In this document: piece after piece, positions 50,193 to 52,100 of the stretch
Numbering within the stretch: the stretch's first letter is position 1
Layout of the letters: each line of letters starts with the position of its first letter
Assembly (NCBI GenBank): GCA_029934005.1
Contig: JAOZNA010000001.1
Span: forward strand, 1 to 52,100
Direction: 5' to 3'
DNA from: Candidatus Bathyarchaeota archaeon
Lineage (GTDB): Archaea > Thermoproteota > Bathyarchaeia > Bathyarchaeales > WUQV01
Length of the DNA: 52,100 bases
Program-made: the position numbers and the translations under genes
The notes under the pieces: generated by a model
Databases searched by the model: none
What the model was told of the DNA's origin: nothing
The model's input: only the letters and a program-made list of their open reading frames with translations

Positions 50193-52100
50193 ATGAGAAA
50201 AACAGCGATTTCAATATTTATCTTAATCCTATTGCTAATAATGAATACAGAATACGCGTTTCAAATTCAAGATGCCAAGATAAATAAATCTATAAGACCA
50301 ATGTCTCCAACAACAATTTGGGTGCAACCTTCAAATATCACGTTATTCAGTAATGAAGCATATGTGGGCTACCGCTTTAATGTTACTTTTTGGATTGAAA
50401 CAGACCAAGAAGTCGGCGGAGTCCAAATCAACACCATCTTCAAACACACCATCATAAACGTAACCCAATGGTGGGAACCCTCATGGAACTCCAGCTACAT
50501 ATTCCACGGAGAAATGACTTCCGCCTTGCCAACTCCACCAAACCCTGGCTACGCCCAGATAAACTCAACCCACTCCAGATCAAAAATAGCAGTAAACCTA
50601 TTCCCACCACCACCCACCCAAACACCATTCACAGGAACAGGCCTAATAGCCATACTAGAATTCGAAGTTAAGTCGCTTCCAAACGAAACTACTCCATTAT
50701 TGACTTCTTCTATTCACATAAACAACACACAAACATACATAATGCTGGCTGATGGTTCTCAGATGATAGAATTCCCAAAGACAGATGGATGGTACGAAAT
50801 TCACCATTATGTTCCTCCCCCATCCGAAGCTTGGCTTGAAGCCTCTCCAAGTCAACTTGAAATGTCCGAACCAAGACCATTCAATGTATCTATTCTAATA
50901 AAGAACGTAAGCGAGACGAACGAACTCATTGGCGTTCAATTCATGCTAAAATTTAACATGAGCAACCTAGAAGTTTTAAACATAATCGAAGGAGACTTTC
51001 TGAAACAATTTGCAAACCATGGTACACTTGTAAGCTACCGCGTAGACGAGGTATGGGAAGCCGTGGTATACAGTGAAATGATACTACCAAACGATACTGG
51101 ACAATGGGATCTACCAGTCTTTCCTAACGGCGAAGGAGAAATGGCTAAAATAACATTCCTACCAAAATACCACGAACAAGTATCCTTTAATCTCACAATT
51201 GAACCTGTCTTTGGCAATTTCTTCATGGACGTAAACGGCACATGGCTACCCTACTCCGAACCCAGAAATTGCTCATACACCTACACTCCACTGCCTTTAC
51301 CATTGCTAAAAACTGAACCAAGCCCGTGTGTAGCATCCAATGTTGGAGAAATCTTCGAACTAAACATCACAATAAGCAACCTTTCAGCCGAATGGAATCT
51401 GGTCTATTTCGAGCTTACACTTGACTTTAACGGATCCTATCTAAAAGCCTTGGATGTTATTGAAGGACCTTTCATGAGCCAGTTTGGAACCACAGAATTC
51501 AACTATGAAATCTTTAATAATTCAGTAACTCTAAACCTAACATTGCTTCCACCATACACCTTCCCCTACGGTGACGGAACATTAGTTCAAATAATTTTCA
51601 ATGCAACATCAAGACCTCCGGCAACATGCGACCTCGAAATAAACAACATTATTCTAAAAGATCCTCTGGACTACGATGTACTATATGATGTGATTCATGG
51701 ACGCTATACCATGGAAGAGCACATTATACATGAAATTGTTTGGAGTGGAATGACATTCCATGTTGAAACTTTAAGCAATGCTTCAGTGAGTAGCGTAATC
51801 TTCGATCAGCTGCATAGGCTTATACACTTCAATGTTACTGGATGGAGTGGAGTCTTAGGCTTCGTTAACGTGACTATTCCAAAGTCTCTTCTGTATGCTG
51901 ATCTTGAAGACTGGCTTGTAATAGTTGGAGGCGTCGAGGTAGTTCCAGTCGTAACTGAGCTTGATGACAGTGTTTTAATTTCATTTATGTGGAATTTCAG
52001 CAGCACTGTACCAGTTTATATTGTTGGTACTTCAGCGGCAACTCTAACTTACACTTTGATTATTGACTCCACTGTTGGCGGAACAACCCACCCATCACCC
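50193..52100 (+). CDS. secreted multi-cohesin-like protein, 3'-truncated by the window end
   Basis: Not in the ORF track because it has no stop. Hand translation from ATG 50193 (AGGTGA 8 nt upstream) stays open for all 636 codons to 52100. It has a signal peptide and the family N-module at 50310..50801. At least two classic cohesin-like modules follow (ELIGVQFMLKFNMSNLEVLNIIEGDFL...GEGEMAKITF; EIFELNITISNLSAEWNLVYFELTLDFNGSYLKALDVIEGPFM...GDGTLVQIIFNA). Confidence 0.8.
   Translation, partial: MRKTAISIFILILLLIMNTEYAFQIQDAKINKSIRPMSPTTIWVQPSNITLFSNEAYVGYRFNVTFWIETDQEVGGVQINTIFKHTIINVTQWWEPSWNSSYIFHGEMTSALPTPPNPGYAQINSTHSRSKIAVNLFPPPPTQTPFTGTGLIAILEFEVKSLPNETTPLLTSSIHINNTQTYIMLADGSQMIEFPKTDGWYEIHHYVPPPSEAWLEASPSQLEMSEPRPFNVSILIKNVSETNELIGVQFMLKFNMSNLEVLNIIEGDFLKQFANHGTLVSYRVDEVWEAVVYSEMILPNDTGQWDLPVFPNGEGEMAKITFLPKYHEQVSFNLTIEPVFGNFFMDVNGTWLPYSEPRNCSYTYTPLPLPLLKTEPSPCVASNVGEIFELNITISNLSAEWNLVYFELTLDFNGSYLKALDVIEGPFMSQFGTTEFNYEIFNNSVTLNLTLLPPYTFPYGDGTLVQIIFNATSRPPATCDLEINNIILKDPLDYDVLYDVIHGRYTMEEHIIHEIVWSGMTFHVETLSNASVSSVIFDQLHRLIHFNVTGWSGVLGFVNVTIPKSLLYADLEDWLVIVGGVEVVPVVTELDDSVLISFMWNFSSTVPVYIVGTSAATLTYTLIIDSTVGGTTHPSP
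50374..50671 (+). repeat. near-identical nucleotide block (copy 3)
   Basis: Same block. Its 3' part of roughly 100 nt is identical to copy 1. Confidence 0.85.

Noticed and set aside
44869-50671. Three similar 65-67-aa ORFs (44869..45072, 46831..47028, 50468..50671; MVGT.M..QLHI.RRN...) that look like a conserved small-protein family.
   Set aside because: They are out-of-frame readings of the near-identical nucleotide block shared by the three paralogs. The similarity reflects DNA identity, and the real frame encodes the conserved N-module.
1-52100. Searched by eye for CRISPR repeats, tRNA/rRNA genes, IS elements, integrases, toxin-antitoxin pairs and restriction-modification genes.
   Set aside because: No regularly spaced direct repeats were seen. 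No tRNA-like T-arm or acceptor patterns appear in the intergenic spacers, and no transposase or integrase motifs were found. The only repeats seen are the paralog blocks within the surface-protein genes.

Overview
AT-rich archaeal chromosome segment. Archaeal hallmarks are GatD/GatE, Elp3, ribosomal protein eS30, NurA-HerA-Mre11-Rad50, an ATP-dependent DNA ligase, stand-alone AlaX, a catalytic-only ThrRS and PEF-CTERM sorting signals. All calls come from reading motifs by eye; no HMM or database search was possible. I found no rRNA, tRNA, CRISPR array, IS element or integrase. The lineage cannot be fixed from this window; the split ThrRS and a possible eL22-like gene hint at TACK/Asgard-type archaea. 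(1) 1-28 kb is tightly packed housekeeping: radical SAM plus amidohydrolase, eS30 (missing from the ORF track), an MFS transporter, ThrRS, elp3-gatD-gatE, three paralogous small wHTH proteins, nurA-herA, Nudix, mre11-rad50, an ABC importer with a DUF47/PhoU-like gene, AlaX, nitroreductase and DNA ligase. (2) 28-37 kb holds an Opp/Dpp-type peptide ABC importer. Its genes are scattered among unknown membrane proteins, and its OppC-like permease carries a roughly 400-aa extracytoplasmic insertion. (3) 37-52.1 kb is the stand-out region: seven consecutive + strand genes for secreted proteins. Five share an N-terminal cohesin-like module followed by further cohesin-like modules. Two end in textbook duplicated dockerin calcium loops, combined with PKD or CARDB repeats. 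Two end in PEF-CTERM archaeosortase-type anchors. The 919-aa family-5 solute-binding protein of the Opp system ends in a degenerate copy of the same dockerin. I read this as a candidate archaeal cohesin-dockerin cell-surface assembly coupled to a peptide importer, with no catalytic domain that I can recognise. The paralogs also show mosaic near-identical nucleotide blocks (gene conversion), a shared upstream motif, and A+C-rich coding strands. The cluster runs off the 3' end of the window.
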